Source of the DNA: Alphaproteobacteria bacterium
GTDB lineage: Bacteria > Pseudomonadota > Alphaproteobacteria > GCA-2746255
Reading direction: 5' to 3'
Assembly: GCA_965249135.1 (NCBI GenBank)
Contig: OZ252220.1
Location: forward strand, 864,001 to 928,000
Length of the DNA: 64,000 nt
How positions within the stretch are numbered: the stretch's first letter is position 1; each line of letters starts with the position of its first letter. Shown one piece after another: positions 61,601 to 64,000 of this stretch. The notes under the pieces were generated by a model that did not search any database, was not told where the DNA came from, and saw nothing but the letters and a program-made list of their open reading frames with translations. The position numbers and the translations under genes are program-made.

Positions 61601-62080
61601 AAGGACGAATACGAAGTCGCCCGCCTTTACTCAGACGGCGATTTCGAGCGCCGTCTTCACGATCAGTTCGAAGGGGATTTCAAGATCACCTTTCATCTGG
61701 CGCCGCCGCTTTTTGCGCGTCCCCATCCGGAAACCGGCGAACCCAGGAAGATCCGCTTCGGGCCCTGGATGCAGACGGTCTTTCGCGCACTGGCACCCCT
61801 TCGTTTCCTGCGCGGCACGCCGTTCGACCCCTTCGGCCATGGCGCCGATCGCAAGCGCGAACGCTGGCTGATCGCGGAATACGAGCGCGTCTTGGACGAA
61901 CTCCTCGACGGGTTGACGCCCGAAAACCATGGCTTGGCGATCGAGATCGCAGCACTACCGGAACGCATTCGCGGCTTCGGCCATGTAAAGGAAGCGGCTA
62001 TGATGGACGCGAAACGCCGCGAGGCGGAATTGCTGGCGAATTTTCGGAACGCCGGCCGTTACGTCTCGGCGGCGGAGTGA
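58616..62080 (+). CDS. Indolepyruvate ferredoxin oxidoreductase family protein (fused subunits)
   Basis: SGYRGSPLGG, WYGKGPGVDRSGD, FCSGCPHN, GDGTYFHSG, CEGCGDC ferredoxin motif, GLAQKGG, AYKDEYEVARL. Confidence 0.93.
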   Translation: MALAAVSLAQVSLDDKYARESGRIYLSGIQALVRLPLMQRHRDRIAGLNTAGFISGYRGSPLGGYDTELWKAQKYLDANAVHFRPAVNEDLGATAVWGSQQVNLFEGASYDGVFSIWYGKGPGVDRSGDVFKHGNAAGSSRHGGVLVLAGDDHACKSSTIPQQSEFALIDAGIPVLNPADIQDVLDFGLIGWAMSRYSGCWVAMKAISETMDSSAACLVAPDRVRLSPPEDFEMPEAGLNIRWPDSPLAQETRLHRHKLYAARAFARANRLDRVVLDSPNPRFGILTTGKAANDVRQALRNLGIDAAEAARIGLRVLKIGLSWPLDPNTSRSFAEGLEEVLIVEEKRAVLENQLKEQLYNLPAGNRPRIVGKRDEEGAWLVPSDGELSPALIARAIAARLARFHTSPMIEERLAFLEAKEAALEKPRSLIERVPYFCSGCPHNSSTQVPDESRAMAGIGCHYMVQWMDRSTDLFTHMGGEGANWIGQAPFTTTPHIFQNIGDGTYFHSGLLAIRAAVAADVNITYKVLYNDAVAMTGGQPVDGSLSVSQITHQLYGEGVGRIVVVTDEPDKYPKDVDFAAGVTVHHRDAMDRLQRELREVKGVSVLIYDQVCAAEKRRRRKRGLLEDPPLRVFINPEVCEGCGDCGTKSNCLSVVPLETEFGRKRAIDQSSCNKDYSCLNGFCPSFVTVEGGAPRRRSLSNLDGLPTPPEPALPKTAEPYNIVIAGVGGTGIVTLSNLLGMAAHLEGKSVTVLDQTGLAQKGGAVWSHVRIADGPADLFAVRIPAGRAGLLLGCDLVVAASFESLAKTSPETRAIVNSHETLTGDFARHPDLAFPEHAMQAAIREATEGHASFLDASRLATRLMGDSIATNLFLLGHVYQKGLVPLSAEAIARAIELNGVAAAQNLDTFRWGRLSAADPDLVRRTAGIEDEAKEETTALDALLARRREFLTNYQNGRLADRYAGLVNRAREAEAAIDGQGLAIAVAKAYFKLLAYKDEYEVARLYSDGDFERRLHDQFEGDFKITFHLAPPLFARPHPETGEPRKIRFGPWMQTVFRALAPLRFLRGTPFDPFGHGADRKRERWLIAEYERVLDELLDGLTPENHGLAIEIAALPERIRGFGHVKEAAMMDAKRREAELLANFRNAGRYVSAAE

Positions 62081-62145
62081 GGCATCCAAGGCAAAAGAAC
62101 GAATGGGGGCATTCGGACCGACTGTAACAACGAAGGAAGAAAAAA

Positions 62146-62733
62146 ATGCGTAGCCTTGCCCCCCTCTTCATCCTTCTGCTCGGCCTTGGACTCATGGCCT
62201 GCGGCAAGGGCGAGCCCAGCTTCGACGACCTGCTTGCGAAGGCCGAAGCCGGTGATCCAGACACCCAGTATTCGGTCGGCCTTGCCTATCAGGAAGGCCG
62301 CGGCACCGAGAAGGACTTAGGCGAGGCGATCGCCTGGTACAAAAAGGCGGCCGAACAGGGCGAGGTGAACGCGCTCTATACGCTGGGCTACATGGGCCAC
62401 CACAAGATCGGCATGGAGCGGAACTTCGACGCTGCGGCCGTGTGGTACCGCAAAGCGGGCGATGCCGGTCACCCCAAGGCGATGTTCGAACTGGCGCGCT
62501 TCTATACACGCGGGCTCAGCGTCGAGCGCAGCTTCCCGGAAGCCGTGAAATGGATCGAGAAGGCCGCCAACCAGGGCATGTTCGAGGCCCAGTGGCGCAT
62601 GGGCGAGATCTACACGACCGGCGGCATCGGCATCGAAGGCGACATCAAGAAGGCGAAGATGTGGTACGACCGCGCCGAGAAGTCGGGCGATCTCAACTCC
62701 GATTACGATCCGGACTACCGCTTTGGGCCTTAG
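62146..62733 (+). CDS. Sel1-repeat lipoprotein
   Basis: Lipobox LMAC, four A..WY.KAA.QG Sel1 repeats. Confidence 0.88.
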   Translation: MRSLAPLFILLLGLGLMACGKGEPSFDDLLAKAEAGDPDTQYSVGLAYQEGRGTEKDLGEAIAWYKKAAEQGEVNALYTLGYMGHHKIGMERNFDAAAVWYRKAGDAGHPKAMFELARFYTRGLSVERSFPEAVKWIEKAANQGMFEAQWRMGEIYTTGGIGIEGDIKKAKMWYDRAEKSGDLNSDYDPDYRFGP

Positions 62734-62766
62734 GCGCTTTTAGGCCTTGAAACCGGAACCTAAAGC

Positions 62767-63069
62767 CTAGCCTTGCGTCTTCTTCTGGGCCGCCTCGAAG
62801 GCGGCGAGTGCCTCGGGCGTCGCTTCCCTTTGATACTTCGCCTGCCACTCCTTGTACGGCATGCCGTAGACGATCTCGCGAGCTTCCGTCTCGGTCATGG
62901 CAAGGCCCTTGGCCTCGGCCGCCGCCACGTACCACTTCGAAAGACAATTCCGGCAGAAGCCGGCAAGGTTCATGAGATCGATGTTCTGCACGTCCGTTCG
63001 CTCACGCAGGTGCTGAACCAGCGTGCGGAAGGCCGCCGCCTCGAGTTCCGTCTGGGTCTCCTTCTCCAT
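62767..63069 (-). CDS. DUF1244 family protein
   Basis: ELEAAAFR.LVQHLRERTDVQNIDLMNLAGFCRNCLSKWY..YGMPY. Confidence 0.9.
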   Translation of the reverse strand: MEKETQTELEAAAFRTLVQHLRERTDVQNIDLMNLAGFCRNCLSKWYVAAAEAKGLAMTETEAREIVYGMPYKEWQAKYQREATPEALAAFEAAQKKTQG

Positions 63070-63076
63070 CCTTCTT

Positions 63077-64000
63077 CTATAGTCCTTCTTGGGTCTCGCG
63101 AATAAGAAAGTCGACGACGGCGCGAAGCCCGGCCTTCTCTTCCTTGCCCTTGTCGATTGCTTCGCCATAGGCCGCCAATTGCCGGTGCGCGCTGGTGCCG
63201 CGCTTCAGGATCGCGCGGGTGGCACGAACCTCCGCCGTGCAACCAAGGATCTCGGCATCCTCGGCCACCAGTTCAAGCAGTTCCTCCAGAAGGTCCGCGT
63301 AAGGAACGATCCTGCCCTTGCCGAAATCCATCAGCCCCTCGTCGATGCCGTAACGCTGGGCCCGCCAGCGGTTTTCGCTGACCAGCGCGCGCGAATAGAC
63401 CCGCCAGCGTTGGTTCTCCCCCTTAAGCCGGGTCAGCATATGAAGAAGGGAAATATAAAGGGCGGCGATGGCGATCGCGTCGTCGACCAGCGTGCAGATG
63501 TCGGTGATCCGCATCTCGAGCGTGGGAAAGCGCGCCGAGGGGCGAATGTCCCACCACAGTTTCGTGCCGTCCTCGATCAGGCCCGCCCGCACCATGACGG
63601 CAAGCAGCCGCTGATACTCCGCGTCGCTCTCGAACTGTTCCGGCAGGCCGGTGCGGGGCACCTCGTCGAAGATGCTAAGGCGATAGGATTTGAGGCCGGT
63701 ATCCTCGCCCTGCCAGAACGGCGAGGAGGTGCTGAGCGCCAGCAAATGCGGCAGGAAATAGGTCACCTGGTTCATCAGGTCGATCCGCAAATCCGGGTCC
63801 GAGACCCCGACATGGACGTGCATGCCGCAGATCAGCAGCCTGCGCGCCACCCCTTGCAGGTCGCGCGCCAGCACGTTGTAGCGGTCCTTGTCCGTGCGTT
63901 TCTGCTTGCCCCAACTGGCGAAGGGATGGGTCGAGGCGGCAATCATGGCGAAGCCATGCTTCCCCACTACCTCGCTTACCGTCCTGCGCAATCGCACCAG
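63077..64000 (-). CDS. Carboxylate-amine ligase (YbdK/GCS2 family), 3' part
   Basis: STHPF, ICGMHVHVG, LSTSSPFW, WWDIRP..FPTLEMR, ENRWRAQRYG; start lies beyond the window. Confidence 0.9.
   Translation of the reverse strand: MVRLRRTVSEVVGKHGFAMIAASTHPFASWGKQKRTDKDRYNVLARDLQGVARRLLICGMHVHVGVSDPDLRIDLMNQVTYFLPHLLALSTSSPFWQGEDTGLKSYRLSIFDEVPRTGLPEQFESDAEYQRLLAVMVRAGLIEDGTKLWWDIRPSARFPTLEMRITDICTLVDDAIAIAALYISLLHMLTRLKGENQRWRVYSRALVSENRWRAQRYGIDEGLMDFGKGRIVPYADLLEELLELVAEDAEILGCTAEVRATRAILKRGTSAHRQLAAYGEAIDKGKEEKAGLRAVVDFLIRETQEGL

Overview
Chromosomal segment of a GC-rich alphaproteobacterium (gene order is Rhodospirillales-like; this assignment is an inference). Most of it is conserved housekeeping: partial serC, thiD, glmM, folP, ftsH, tilS, the tol-pal cluster, ruvCAB, yebC, 6S RNA, zapA, gap/fba/thiE, efp, suhB, rpmE, trcR, prpE, pfk, purEK, def, rpsU, pntAB, an oligopeptidase, an acyl-CoA ligase and an indolepyruvate oxidoreductase. 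Four accessory islets interrupt it. (1) 23.0-27.1 kb: a resident BglII/BstYI-family endonuclease plus MT-A70 methyltransferase locus. Its endonuclease gene is split by a 2728-bp IS1595-family element with 25-bp TIRs and an 8-bp TSD (TTCGTAAA). The element carries its own complete BstYI-like R-M system translationally coupled to the transposase. This is the clearest unusual system in the window. (2) 32.0-36.8 kb: a redox/detoxification islet bounded by a duplicated 3' end of the DUF1192 gene. (3) 38.1-40.2 kb: a decaying three-gene islet. (4) 57.0-58.4 kb: a HicA-like toxin fused in frame to a HicB with a C-terminal extension, followed by a coupled third gene (a candidate TAC-like module). Additional observations are a likely ATT start for thiE, a DnaA box in a duplicated trcR promoter, absence of tkt and pgk from the gap cluster, many short tandem duplications and TAG/TAA-rich stop usage. 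All product calls come from motif recognition by eye; no database searches were run.
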